Counted from the first letter of the stretch, positions 27,051 to 40,666 are shown. The stretch: DNA of 64,000 nucleotides from Octopus vulgaris (GCA_951406725.2 OX597832.1:45756001-45820000); one strand, 5' to 3'. The notes: generated by a model from the sequence alone, not told the origin. Made by a program: numbers and translations.

Positions 27051-28302
27051 TAAAGGAAGATGTGTATGTTTGTGTGTGTGTGTGTGTGTGTGTGCGCGTA
27101 CTTGTGCGTGCGTGTGTGTGTAAGCATGCGAGTTAAACAGAGAAAACCATATACATAATGGGACGCCCAATTAATTGAAGATTGACCAGTGATGTAATTA
27201 TTTAATAATACTGGAACCGAATTTCGTCACACGGTCAAATACGAATGAACTGAGCTCATTGATTCCAAACTATACTCAAGTCTGTGGGAATGCTAAATGG
27301 GAGGGAAAGATGAAAATCGAAGGATAGAGATAGATAGACAGACAAGCAGAGACGCATTAAGCTTCATAAGGAATTTAATTTTGTATTTTAAAACTCTAAA
27401 ATTTATGATCATCTGATGCAATTGCGTGCCATTTACTGATTACAAGCGTCTATCAGTTCGTGACTAGTTCCATTTAGATAGCAGATATAAGATATAAATT
27501 GATATAATCAAATATTCTCTGTTCCAGTGGATTACGGCAACGGATCTACCTACTTAAATTCTGAACTTGTAGATAAGTTAACCTCACAAGTATGAGTAAA
27601 AGTAGCTTCATATTTGACAAAACGCAGCTTCCATAACGAGCAAGGAAAACGTCTGCCATCTGACTGGCTGAAAGGCTCCTAATCTATCGATTCAGTGAGC
27701 TACATCTGAATAATATATAATTATAGTTATTATGGTTAATGTTTCATTTCTTGTCTTTAAGCTTTAATGTACTTCAACGACGGCTTAGCTTTTCGTTATT
27801 GTTGAATTCCTATGTTGAGTAGAGTCGCCGGTTGTTAAATCGCCATTTAATATTGAATTATTAGTTAATGTTTACAGACGACTCAGTAAAGGCGTCAGAG
27901 AGTTTGAAATGTTTTATGCAGCGTGTGAAGCTATGAAAATGGCAACTAATATAAGTTAATCGACCTGGCAGTAAGATATCTCTATTTCTTAAGAATCTTG
28001 TTCTTCAAATTATTCTGGTCACTCTTAAGTGTGAACAGCGAAGGAAAAGATATTCAATAATTTTCACTTCATTGCCTCTTGGCAAAAATGTCATTTCCAA
28101 AAACGCAATCTTTTCAATTGATCGAATGACATTTTTATATTATGTAAGCTCTCTCTTTCAAACTATCAAAGAAGGTAACCCCATTTACTCCGTATTTTGT
28201 TCGTTTCTTTCTGAAAAATTTTGCTTCATTCTACCTCCTGCCACTTGTGTTGCCATCCTTCTGAAGACATGTATATATATGTGTATGTATTTATCCATGT
28301 AA

Positions 28303-28342
<40 letters not shown>

Positions 28343-28559
28343 TTACTTATATAAATATATATATATATATATGTGTGTGTGTGTATATATATATGTATAT
28401 ATATGTGTATATATATATGTATATATATATATGTATATAATATATATACATACACATACATATAAGTATGTGTGTGTGTGAGTATTTATGTATAAATATC
28501 ATATGCGGACATTGTATGTATATGTTCTACGTATGTATACACACATACACACACACATA

Positions 28560-28626
<67 letters not shown>

Positions 28627-28994
28627 ATATATATATATGCACATGTGTGTGTGTGTGTGTGTATACATATATGTATATGTTTGTTTCATACAATCACACA
28701 CATAGGCTTAAACTAACGGAAGCTAAAAAATTCACGTCAAAGGGGTCATGACATCAACTGTGATGACTGAGATAAAAGTGGTTGTATGAGTATACCGTAC
28801 ACAATTATTGATCAATAAAAAAGGTTTCCATATGATAGAGGAATAATTAGAAAAATCCAAGACATATGTTGGCGAACCGTTTTCGCACTCCAAATTCCTC
28901 TCAAAAGGTGTGCATCAATTTCCTCAAATATGTGCTATAGTAGTATATACTTGAATAAATTACTGTGCAGTTTAGTAAAGCTGCATATATATAC

Positions 28995-29080
<86 letters not shown>

Positions 29081-29082
<2 letters not shown>

Positions 29083-29279
29083 CATCATATAATTAAGGGC
29101 TAAAGAGGGTTATTCTAAAGCCAATACACTGATTTATCCACTTATAGCCCTTTCTTTAGGCCTTAATTATATAATTATATGATGTTTATACTTCAACCGT
29201 AACGGTTTTTTAATATACTGCCCACGCTTCCTGATGGATTCCTTTTCTGTAGAGAAAGGGACCTCATCCTATATTGTTA

Positions 29280-29280
<1 letters not shown>
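29081..29280. mobile_element. Short inverted-duplication element in (TA)n (arms 29081-29112 and 29146-29186)
   Basis: AACATCATATAATTAAGGGCTAAAGAGGG versus CCCTTTCTTTAGGCCTTAATTATATAATTATATGATGTT; TA tracts on both sides. Confidence 0.6.
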
Positions 29281-29325
<45 letters not shown>

Positions 29326-29609
29326 GTATATATATACTCGATATAAAATAGTGTACATTTAAACACTAGAGAAAACTGCCTTCAACAGGCAGTCTTTTCA
29401 CGCTATTCCTCCATAAAGAGTAGAAGAATGTTGTAGAGATGTACATTTATAGTCTTTCTGTGTTGATCTTGTCTATTCTGTTGAGCGATAGTTGAGTGAA
29501 ATAGATGTCCTCTTTATATTACATTTTGCTCGTTGCCAAAAAGACATTTCTACTTATAACAACGTTATTGTAACATATTGTAACTGCAAGCGAATCGTGG
29601 TATTGTCCG

Positions 29610-29842
29610 CCGTGGTGAGCTGGCAGAAATGTCAGCGCGACGGTCGAAATGCTTAGCGATATTTCGTCTGCCGTTACGTTCTGAGTTCGAATTCCGCCGA
29701 GGTCGACTTTACCTTTCATCCTTTCGGGGTCGATTAAATAAGTACCAATTACGCACTGGAGTCAATGTAATCGACTTGATCCGTTTGTCTGTCTTTGTTT
29801 GTCTCCTCTGTGTTTAGCCCCTTGTGGGTAGTAAAGAAATAG
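29610..29842 (+). mobile_element. SINE A
   Basis: Full-length homologue of 10321-10552. Confidence 0.85.
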
Positions 29843-30402
29843 GATGATTATGACTGCAATGATACCAAATTTATGGGAAACTCGAGTCAGTGTCCTGATG
29901 TTAAATAAGTCTCGATGAAAGGAGGGACAAAATCCGCTGACACACTGTTTGAAAAGTGTATGTTCTGGATGTGATGTCATTATACAAAATACCGAGAAAC
30001 AGAGAAGAGAGAAAGTGAGAGAGAGAGGAGTGGGAGAAAAAAGAAAAAGAAAATGAGAGAAAGGGGAGAAACAGAACGAGAGAGTTTTCCCAGCTGTTTC
30101 TGTCGTTTCCAATCTATAAGATGTTGCTTGTGTTGGATTTGATTTAGAACTTTAGAGTTGCTATAGTTTCGCCTGGAACTTACACATCCACAAAGTGCTG
30201 GTGTAAATGAGCTGGGGAGCGCAATAATTGTTACAGCAACTAATTAATTTAGTATCTGTCTGTTATTTAGCCGGACCTTAGGTATCTTTTTCTTTTAGAT
30301 TTTCTGCTGAGTAGGGTATTTGCCTGGTTCGACCTTACGTGTAGCACTTGATTAGATGTCTTGCGTTAGAAAAATGCGTTAGAAAATGACCTACAATGTT
30401 CA

Positions 30403-30465
30403 CAAACAACAACGTGTAGTGTCAAACAACAACGTGTAGTCTCAAACAACAACGTGTAGTCTCAA
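30403..30465. repeat. 20-bp tandem repeat, 3 copies (CAAACAACAACGTGTAGT[G/C]T)
   Basis: Read directly from the sequence. Confidence 0.9.
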
Positions 30466-30734
30466 AAACAAAGCATAAGTACCACAAATGGCTGAAAAGA
30501 ACTCAGTCGTAGGAGATTCTGAGAGCTGTTACACTAACAAAAACCCGTCAGAAAAATAGACTGATGTACCAATATTTGAAAATAATCGTCGTAGCTATTA
30601 TTCATATTGCAGTAATTCAAGATAAGATTCAGGGAGTCAAATACAGGGACTTTAACATTGCCAATTATGCAGCTTTACACGCATCTGCTTGAAACTGGAA
30701 AGGGACATCCATGCGGCATGGCAAGAATAATTAT

Positions 30735-31203
30735 TGCACTTCTCGAAAGAGTCCAGAAGCTGGCTACCCGCATGGTTCTTGGTCTCAAGCATTTGTCTTA
30801 CGAAGAAAGGCTGAAGACGCTCGACCTTTATTCTCTAGAAAAACGACGACGCCGTGGTGATCTCATTCTTGCTCACAACATCATAAGCGGAAAGTGTAAC
30901 CTCTCGAAAGAGCTGTTCTTCACTCCTGCTCCAGAGCGTCGGCTGCGGGGTCACTCCGAAAAGCTGTATCTGCGACGATTTCATTTCAATCGAAGGAGAG
31001 GGGCTTTCTCCGTCCGGGTTGCGAATCCGTGGAATATGCTGCCGGACGAGATAGTGAAGATGCCGACGACCGCTCGGTTCAAAGTCTCTCTTGACCAGAA
31101 ATGGCCTGAACTCTTTACATGAACACCCTCCCTGTACTTAACTCCATGTCCCCCTACATAGCTTTGCTTTTTGCTTTTTGAGCCAAAAAATTAACTAACT
31201 AAC
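30735..31203 (+). mobile_element. 5'-truncated CR1-clade LINE: ORF2 C-terminus, 3' UTR and (TAAC)n tail
   Basis: LERVQKLATRMVLGLKHLSYEERLKTLDLYSLEKRRRRGDLI...RGHSEKL...FSVRVANPWNMLP matches the CR1 ORF2 end (LE.VQRRATK...SYEERL..L.L.SLE.RR.RGDLI). Confidence 0.9.
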
Positions 31204-32444
31204 AACAACAGGAACATCAACAAATTCTTGCAGACAGCAGCACGGATAAACTAATAGGAACACTTCCAATAAAAGCTGATAAAAGTTGGGGACAGCTTCA
31301 ACATATTGTTTGTGTCACTGGTCTATAACTATACAAACGAACGATTTTTAGCTAGAAATCTTTACGTTTGTTTCCAAATCTTCTATTGAAAAATTCTGTA
31401 TGTGCTGTGTGTGAGGAAGTCGATGTAACAGAAGAATGTGGAAATTTATATAGAGAGAATACTTATACACTTTTTGAGCTACACTTGGCGTTAGAATTTT
31501 GTATCTTTACAGAATCGAATATCTTTTTGCAGATTTTTCCATCTTATTCTGAAACTCAGCTCTTTTATCTTCAAAAATATGCAAGTGAAAATATAAAAAA
31601 AGAAAAGCATTTTCGCAGTATTTCTTTCTTAGTTAACAAAAGTGCGTGGAACTCCTAAGACACACCTACACCGTATAGCAATAGTAGCAACAACAGCAAG
31701 AACAACAATAACAGCCAACATGATGATGGCGACGACTGTGATAACAAGAAAAATATCATGACATCATCATCATCATCATCGCCATTCTCATCAACAAAAG
31801 ACCATCTATATCAATGGTAAGAGTAATAATAATAAATCTCCAATGTAAATAGGATACTATTACTTATTGAAAGTATCATTCGCTATCACGGACGAAAAAG
31901 AAGTCGAATAAAAGGAAAGAAAGCAAAAAGATTATTTAAAAAAAAGCACGGAAGAAACAACAAAAAAAACATGATAAAAAAGAGAGAAAAAAAAAGCACG
32001 GAACAGAAAAGAAATAAGATGCTGATTTATCTGTGATCGAAGATAGCATTCAGAGTCAACATCGCTATTGATTTTCGCGTTCTCTTATCTTATATTTGCA
32101 AAATGTGTGTTCTTTTGGAATAAAAGATATTATGGAAGAGGTGCTAGTTGATCAATACCAGTAGATTAACTCGCATTTCGTTCTTTCCAGATGAAGGAGT
32201 GTTCCAACCATGACTTTAGATTCTATAATCAAATATTCATTGATACAATGACAAACAAATTATTTCCCTATAATTCTTATTTTCTCTGTGGTCATACAGC
32301 TGAATTATGAACCCATGATAGTCCAATAGAAATGGTTATTGATTTCTTTCCAGTTGATACAAGACTGCTTATTCTAAAAAAAATAAAATAAAAAAATAAA
32401 GTGTTTCTGTATAAGTATAGTCGATAGAACTGATACCAATATAT

Positions 32445-32889
32445 TACTGGTGTTACGCCGGACAAAATGCTTAGCAGCATTTCGTCCGTCTTTTCTGTCT
32501 GAATTAAAATTCTGCCGCGGTAGACTCTGCCTGTCACCTTTTCGAGTGTGATGAAATAAGTACCGGTTGAGCACTGGGGTCGATATCGTCGACTTAATCC
32601 CTTCCTTGAATTTGCTGACTTTGTGCCAAAATTTGAAACCAATATATTATTGGTGTTAGGGGGGCAAACTAGCAGAATCGTTAGCACGCTGGGCGAAATG
32701 CTTAGCAGTATTTCGTCTACCGTTACATTCTGAGTTCAAATTCCGCCGAGGTCGACTTTGCCTTTCATCCATTCGGGGTCGATTAAATAAGTACCAGTTA
32801 CGCACGGGGGTCGATGCAATCTAAGCAATCCCTTTGTCTGTCCCTGTTCTTCCCCTCTGTTTAGCCCCCTGCGGCCAATAAAGAAATAA
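32445..32889 (+). mobile_element. Two adjacent SINE A copies with different tails
   Basis: First ends ...GTGCCAAAATTTGAAACC (about 32640); second (32659-32889) ends ...TTTAGCCCC...AAAGAAATA. Confidence 0.75.
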
Positions 32890-33832
32890 ATATGTTACTG
32901 GTGTTATGAACCAAGCCGGTGATATATGTTCGATTCCTGGTCATAGCTGTTTCATTTGTCTTCCCGCTTCATATCACAGCGCATCTCATTTTGATGTTGT
33001 GTAATGGTTATTGAACCGCAGGTCATTCTTCATTTATCTGACGTTACCGGCCAGCTGTTACACCCCATCTTGATCCAAATATATTGACCCCCATCCCCTA
33101 TTTTAACAAAGTAGGATGTGATTTAGTGGAAATTGAGCTGCTGTTTCTAATAAGTCCTGCAACTTTGTAGCGAGCCGCTCCCTAGATCGTCAAACAAGCT
33201 CCATTTAAGTGATATCTTTCATCACACACACACACACGAAAAAATAAATAAATAAAAACGAAATAGAGCAATAAGTAACATGTTCATTGCTCATCCTAAC
33301 TTTCAGAGAAGACTCGTGGCATAGTGATTAGGGCTGTTCCACTCACGATCAAAGTATTGTAGGTTCGTTTCTGGACTAGGTAGCACTTAATTCCATTTTG
33401 TTCTCTCCCTCCTGCTGTTAAGTCCTGGACGTATCGCCAGGGAAAAAGGGAGTAGGAGTTGAGAAATTCTTTGTCTCCCCGCAATTACGTAGGGATATAA
33501 AACAAGAATTAGTGAAAGAATGGTGCATGTTACATAGCCATACATGTATGTAAATAACAGCTGGCGTTTTATTTCAATAATGAAGAGCGAAGTCAACTTC
33601 ACCTGGATTGGGATACACACACACACACACATGTATAGTAGAAACATAAAAATATAAAAGGAGCCAAAATACTTGAGATTCAGTGTACACGACGTGGCAA
33701 AATTATGAGTTGAAAATATGTGGAAAACATATATAAAAAGTGGAAGAGAAATGCATTCGTTTCACACAGTTTATTATCTTTTTATAAAGGAAAATTTTCA
33801 TATAGTATATATACATATTTTATGGATGTCGT

Positions 33833-34230
33833 GAGGAGTTTGGTAAGTAGCTTGTTTACCAACCACATGGTTCCGGGTTCAGTCCCACCGCGTGGCACCT
33901 TGGGCAAGTGTCTTCTACTATAGCCCTGGGCCGACCAAAGCCTTGTGAGTGGATTTGGTAGACGGAAACTGAAAGAAGCCCGTCGTATATATGTATATAT
34001 ATATGTGTGTGTGCATGTGCGTGTATGTTTGTGTGTCTGTGTTTGTCCCCCTAGCATTGCTTGACAACAGATGCTGGTGTGTTTATGTCCCCGTCACTTA
34101 GCGGTTCGGCAAAAGAGACCGATAGAATAAGTACTGGGCTTACAAAGAATAAGTCCCGGGGTCGAGTTGCTCGACTAAAGGCGGTGCACCAGCATGGCCG
34201 CAGTTATGACTGAAACAAGCAAAAAGAGAG
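33833..34230 (+). mobile_element. SINE family B (tRNA head, CORE-like box, internal microsatellite)
   Basis: GGTTCAGTCCC B-box-like; GGCACCTTGGGCAAGTGTCTT CORE-like; conserved tail ...CAGCATGGCCGCAG..ATGACTGAAACAAG. Confidence 0.85.
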
Positions 34231-34939
34231 AAAAAAAGATATATTGATGTGTGTATGAATATACGTAAATATAAGTGTGTATATATCAACAATTTTAACT
34301 ATGTATTAGGCTTATAATAAAATAGTTAATACATATGCGACTATACATATATATGGATAGTTATATATTACGTATATACATGTGTGTATGTTTGATCGCG
34401 GGCCTGTGTGTTTGTGTATAAATGTCCTGTTAAATAAAACTTATCATTTTATTCTAAAATGAACTCAATGTGACTTGTCAAGGCCGAACCAATTCCCAGT
34501 AATAAACAAGTCTGTGTTTGTATGAGTTTTATTATTGAAAACACGAAAATACATAATTTGTATCATATCTCAAAATAAATTTGTTGATAAATGAAATGTG
34601 TGGGTGAGTGAGTGTACAAACGTCATTATTTCAAGTTGGATGATATACATACATACATACATATATTTCATACCATACGTGATATATACATGCTAACAAA
34701 ATAATTTTAATATTTGGAAAAATATTAACAGAATACGAAAGTAGCAGATGTCTCCTAGACTGACTTAAATAAGTTAGGCAGTTTGTTTAATGAATTAGCC
34801 CAACATTACGAGGCAAAAAGCAAACTGTATTTCCCCCATCGAATCTATTCAATATTACATCGCAGACACAAATAATGATAATATAATTAATAGAAATATG
34901 GTTTGTTTATATATTTCCGCTACAAATATCATAGAAGCG

Positions 34940-35089
<150 letters not shown>

Positions 35090-35213
35090 TCCATATTCGG
35101 AGAAGTCAGTCTAAATTAATTTCTAGTTCTGAATTCAAAACTGATAATCGTCTTTTTTCTTATCACACACACACTTATGAAGTTATAATTGAGATAAATT
35201 GCTTTTCCATGTA

Positions 35214-36084
35214 CAGGGTGGGTGGTAACTAACTAGGCAGTAGCAATTGCTTATAGAATTTTTCATATCACTGAAGTCATGACGAAAACATGTTTTAAAA
35301 AGACGACACTTATGGGGGAGTCTTGTTTTCTTATAATCTTATTTCTTATTTTCCAGATGGCCGGTCGCTCGACTGTTCAGGCGCGAGCTAAGATAGCAGC
35401 ATACAATGAAGTGTGGAATTCCATTGTTTCGGTTCAGAGATGGTGGCGTGCATGGAAAGGTAAGCATGCAACACTACATCCAGAGACAATATAAAAGATG
35501 TCCTGCGGAGCTGATCACCACGGGTTCTGTGAACGATGCAAGAAGTGGCCGGATCTGCGGGGAATGTGGCAACAGTCCAGGAAATGCTTAATTGCGGTCC
35601 GTAAAAATCAACACGTGAAGCAGCTCGTGAAAGTGGACTAACAAAACATGCGATACGTATGGTGTTGCATAAAGAATTGAATTTTCGTCCGTGGAAACCT
35701 CATTACGTGCAGGAGCTAAAACCCGAAGACTGTGACCGCAGAAGTCCAGAAGTCCAGATCTCGCTTTCATGTGATCTTTACCTGTGGGGCTTACACAAAA
35801 AGGAGGTGTACAAGACAAAACATTGCACACTGGAGGACTTGGAGACACGGATTCAGGAGATCCTCCATGATATCCCAGACGACGTCCTTCGGAAGGTTGT
35901 TCATTCCATCCCTGGCCGTTTGCGGAAACTGGTTGACGCCACCAGTGCTTACATTGAAATATAAAGATTTACTTTCATTTTCCCATGTAATAAAGATCAT
36001 CTATCATTTGTCTCAATAAATTTGTAAAAGGAATATGGATTTTATTACAAATTTTTAATGCCTACTTTCTTTTCACACACCCTG
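35214..36084 (+). mobile_element. Internally deleted Tc1/mariner-superfamily transposon (DD41D/rosa-like), TA TSD
   Basis: TIRs CAGGGTGGGTGGTAACTAACTAGGCA and CAGGGTGTGTGAAAAGAAAGTAGGCA (reverse complement), each flanked by TA. Protein remnants SIVSVQRWWR...TTGSVND..RSGR, LNFRPWKPHYVQEL, SPDL..CDLYLWG...LEDLETRI. Subfamily call is tentative because the catalytic core is deleted. Confidence 0.85.
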
Positions 36085-36618
36085 TATATTGCTTTCTAAA
36101 CTTGCTTTGAAGAGGAATCCCATAAACTGACGAGTTTTACAGGAAATCTTTTGATGTGTATTCTATGAACTTGTATAACTTACCTGCAAATATTCATTAT
36201 TCGGGCTATTGTTTTTTGGTGATTTCACATATAAGTTGCTGCAGACAGGCCTCTTAACTAAATGACCATACCGCCGAGCATACATGACATGTGCAACAAT
36301 CTCTCTCTATATATAAACGGCAAAATGTCTGCGTGTGTGTCCTATATACAAATCCACAATTTTTCAGTTAGAGAGCTCGCACTTTCTATGGTCATTCAAA
36401 ACTGTCCAAGGGTGGTCGTGCACATCTTTACATTTCCCCAGTCACCCCGCAAAACCTTTAAAAATCAATAGAAGTGACTTTTTCGTGAATTTTCTATCCA
36501 AAACCCAATCAAAATGCCTGATGCGCCATTTGAATGCCAGCTAGCTGTATGTGATTGGTCGGGGATTTGGACAGTACTCGCGTGTATGTGCGCACGCACG
36601 CAGCTGTATATGCACGCA

Positions 36619-36687
36619 CTAGCACTATGACCTGGTGTTGCCGAGTCATAGCGCTAGTATCTCTTATTATAATATATATATAAAGGA
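36619..36687 (-). mobile_element. Possible minimal Helitron-like element with strong terminal hairpin
   Basis: Minus strand: TCCTTTATATATATATTATAATAAGAGAT ACTAGCGCTATGACTCGGCAACACCAGGTCATAGTGCTAG; the end resembles the Helitron termini at 49180 and 62219. Confidence 0.45.
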
Positions 36688-37273
36688 CCATATACTTTAA
36701 TATGAACGCTAACAAGCACGAACAGATAGTGATACACATACATACATGCCCATATATACATAAACTCACGCATAGGAATACATACACACGTGCATACATA
36801 TAGATAAGACCACATATAGATATAGAGATATTTACACATACGCATACAACAGAAATAATAATAATCTCTAAATAAAGACGTTATTTCTTTGCATGTGTGC
36901 ATTCAGTTACTCGTTGTAAATGTCACACATTTATTTATAAACAGACACCGTTTCTTCTATTCAATTCATTGATAAAGTTGGCCTATATTCGTTGAGGAAC
37001 AAACACAAAATATTTAACCTTGATAACCCAAAATAATAGCGGCTTCTCAAGATATGTTATTTCTTTTTTGTTAATTACTATTGATTTTTTTTAGTCCTAT
37101 ATTTCACCTCCAATGTCATCTGATTCGAATAACAGTTTACTTTACACTACCAACACAGCAGCACAGTAAGAACATGTAGAGACAATCGGAGATAACAACT
37201 GCAGGAAAATGATTCGCATTACAAATACACAGAAACTCACCCATACTTATGTATGTGCAAACAGATACTGAAA

Positions 37274-37497
37274 AAGTAATGCCTGGCAATATCGCGTTCC
37301 ATCTATCGCGGTTTATTATTTAAGCCTACGTCGATTCCCACGTGATGTTTTTTTGCATTCGTAATAAATTAAATATATACAAATTTTAAAAACAACAACA
37401 AAAAGATATACAGTACAATACGGTTTCTAGTTCGCGGATTTTCACCTATCGCGCGGGGTTTTATAACGTAATACCCACGATATTCGCGGGGTTACTG
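37274..37497 (-). mobile_element. Tigger/pogo-like MITE
   Basis: Ends ...CGCGGGGTTACTG-TA; homologous, in opposite orientation, to 61693-62316 without the Helitron. Confidence 0.7.
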
Positions 37498-37594
37498 TAC
37501 TCAAATCAGTGATAAAATGTGTATGGACGTATTTACATAGACGCACACACATGTACGTGCATAGTCTATTTACGCACATACCTACCTACGTATG

Positions 37595-37628
<34 letters not shown>

Positions 37629-37650
37629 TGTATGTATGTATGTATGTATG

Positions 37651-37883
37651 TTATTTCTTTATTGCCCACGAGGGGCTAAACACACAGAGGACAAACAAGG
37701 ACAGACAAGGGGATTAAGTCGATTACATCGACCCCAGTGCGTAACTCGTACTTAATTTATCGACCCCGAAAGGATGAAAGGCAAAGTCGACCTCGGCGGA
37801 ATTTGAACTCGGAACGTAATGACAAACGAAATACGGCTACGCATTTCGCCCGGCGTGCTAACGTTTCTGCCAGCTCGCCGCCT
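37651..37883 (-). mobile_element. SINE A inserted in (TATG)n
   Basis: Full-length reverse-complement homologue of 10321-10552. Confidence 0.85.
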
Positions 37884-37959
37884 TTTGCATGCATGTATGT
37901 ATGTATGTATGTATGTATGTATGTATGTATGTATGTATGTATGTATGTATGTATGTATG

Positions 37960-38027
<68 letters not shown>

Positions 38028-38351
38028 AGTCTGTCGGCCTGTCTGTCCGTCTCTCTGTATTGATCCTTTTTGCTTATGGTATTTTTTTTTTGTATTTTGG
38101 TGTTGCTGTTTGTCCATGGAAAGCTAAAAATAAGTATGAAGGTATAAACAAAAGGAAACTAAAGCTGATAAACCATTGTTCTCGACCCTTCTCACTTGAT
38201 GACTTACAATTATTGTTGGATCATATGAACGTAATAATGTATATAATATGTGTAACATTCAGCAATTACCAACAGATAATGATGCGCTGAAACAATCGTA
38301 GTGATTTGGATTAAAACCTCTTCTTTCCATCTTCTTGAAATTCTTTTGCAT

Positions 38352-38697
38352 AAACAATTGCAGCGTGGAAAGTGTTTATAAACCATTTAAGAAACACACA
38401 AAACCGTTAGATTCACTTCAACATTTAAATTTAATTTGTCAAAATATTTTTGTCGCTTTGTGACCGCGACCTATTCACTAACAAAATTCCGTGCTGCATC
38501 TCTTTTGTCAGTGAACAGGTCGCGGTCTCAAAGCTACGAAAATATTTTGACAAATTAGATTTAAATGTTGAAGTGAATCTAATGGTTTTTGTGCTTCGTA
38601 AACGGCGTATAAACACCTTTCACGATGTAATTGTTTTCTTTCCAGCACACGATCTCAGATCAGATCATTTGCTATGCAAGTACATCTCCGTAATCCT
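38352..38697. mobile_element. Inverted-duplication element (arms 38352-38486 and 38503-38636) carrying G3-C8 variant hammerhead motifs
   Basis: Imperfect arms of about 134 bp. Plus strand: tttgtca GTGAACA g gtcgc-ggtctcaaa-gctac GAAA atat TT tgacaaa. Homologue at 62928-63135. Confidence 0.75.
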
Positions 38698-38814
38698 GTA
38701 GATATTCACAGATTTCCACATGTATAACAAGTGAAAAGAGTAATCCTGCTGGAAGATAGTATTTGATAGCCGATACTACTAGAGGAGCTTTGGAAAGCAC
38801 TTTGTAAGGTTATT

Positions 38815-38990
38815 ACGCAGAATCGTTGGAACATCATAATAATAACTCTGCGGTATTTGCTTCCGATTCTTCACGTTCTAAGTTTAAATTTCGCTCAGGT
38901 CGATTTGCATTCCATTCTTTCGGATTCGATGTAATCTACATGACCCCCTCCTATACGAGCTACTGACCTAGTGCCAAAATTTGAACCATT
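38815..38990 (+). mobile_element. Degenerate SINE A
   Basis: CACGTTCTAAGTTTAAATTTCGCTCAGGTCGA...GTGCCAAAATTTGAACC. Confidence 0.55.
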
Positions 38991-38999
38991 ATTACAAAT

Positions 39000-39150
39000 G
39001 CGCAGGCGTGGCTGTGTGGTAAGAAGCTTGCTTCCCAACCACATGCTAGCGGGTTCAGTCTCACTGCGTGGCACCTTGGGTAAGACTCTTCTATCATAGC
39101 CTCAGGTTGTGAGTGAATTTGCTAGACGGAAACTGAAAGAAGCCTGTCGT
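39000..39150 (+). mobile_element. SINE B, 5' half
   Basis: Homologous to 18657-18825. Confidence 0.8.
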
Positions 39151-39171
39151 ATATATATATATATATATATA

Positions 39172-39344
39172 TATATGGTGTGTTGTGGATTTATGGAAAG
39201 AAATTTCATAGAACTCAACAATTTTGCTAAAAATGTAGAAGACATGTTAAAACATGAGAATTTTAACATCTTCTCTTGTCCACTTTTAAACAAAATTGTT
39301 GAGTTTTAGGGGATTTCTTTCCACAATTCACAACACACCATATA
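39172..39344. repeat. Imperfect long palindrome abutting (TA)n
   Basis: TATATGGTGTGTTGTG...CTCAACAATTTTG versus CAAAATTGTTGAG...CACAACACACCATATA; inner arms TGTTAAAA/TTTTAACA. Confidence 0.8.
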
Positions 39345-39465
39345 CAAGTAATATTTTCACATTCGCAAAATTATGCCAGTAAGTTACCAGCAAAAATGAA
39401 GAATCAATATTCGAAATCATTTTTTTTTGGAAAACTCCAAATTATTGGACGATTCTAATACAATC

Positions 39466-39542
<77 letters not shown>

Positions 39543-39896
39543 GTATGTATACTACCATCATTTTCTTAATGATGAAATTAACCTCTCTGTCTATATATCT
39601 ACCCTCTTTGTAATGTTGGCAAATGAAATAAATATAAGAATGTGCATTGTCCGTTTAATTGGAAAATTCTATATGTGGCTGAAGATTGCTCGACATTTTA
39701 AAACTGATGTAATACTTACAGTGTTTAATAAAATGAAGTAGCATGAAACAATTGCACTACACTACCTTGGATATCCTTGTTGCTTATTTTGATTATAAAG
39801 ACCCCATTTGATTTATATGGATAATACCATACAAAATTCTGGTGCCTTTAACTTAAGTACCATATTCATCTGAATCTAAATTTTGCTGAACTTATT

Positions 39897-40068
<172 letters not shown>

Positions 40069-40394
40069 TTTATGTGTATACATATATAAGTGTATTTATG
40101 TATACATTATATTTCTTAACAGCTGAACAGTAGGTGTTTACATGTTCTCATTAGAACTTTCGACAGCAAATTACCATAAATTGTTAACGTGGTATAATTG
40201 TTTTGCGTCAAATTTTATATACTAAGACACTGCTGTGTTATAATACAATTACAACAGTAAAGTGCATAGTTATGTTCCAGGCTTGTAAACATTGATTGAT
40301 AATGTGTTAATGTGTTAGAGCATGGCTTGTCGTTGTGGAGACTGTATCTATGCTTATGTCGAATAGTGTATAATTTAATATATACAGTTTATGA

Positions 40395-40605
40395 TGAGCT
40401 GACAAAATTGTTAAAACGCCGGTAAAAATGCTTAGCTGCATTTTGTCCGTCGTTACAATTTGAGTTCAAATTCCGCCGAGGTCAACTGTGCCTTTCATCT
40501 TTTTAGGAGTGTATAAAATAAGAACCTGTTTTGAACACTGGGGTTGATATAATCGATTTATTGTCTTCCTTGTGGTTGCTGGCCTTTTTCCAAAATTTGA
40601 AACCA
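40395..40605 (+). mobile_element. Degenerate SINE A (alternative tail)
   Basis: GAGTTCAAATTCCGCCGAGGTCAAC...CCAAAATTTGAAACC. Confidence 0.7.
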
Positions 40606-40666
40606 ATATATGTTTTTTTCCGATATTATATCATGGAAAAGGAGTTTTGAATGAGAAAAATACATT

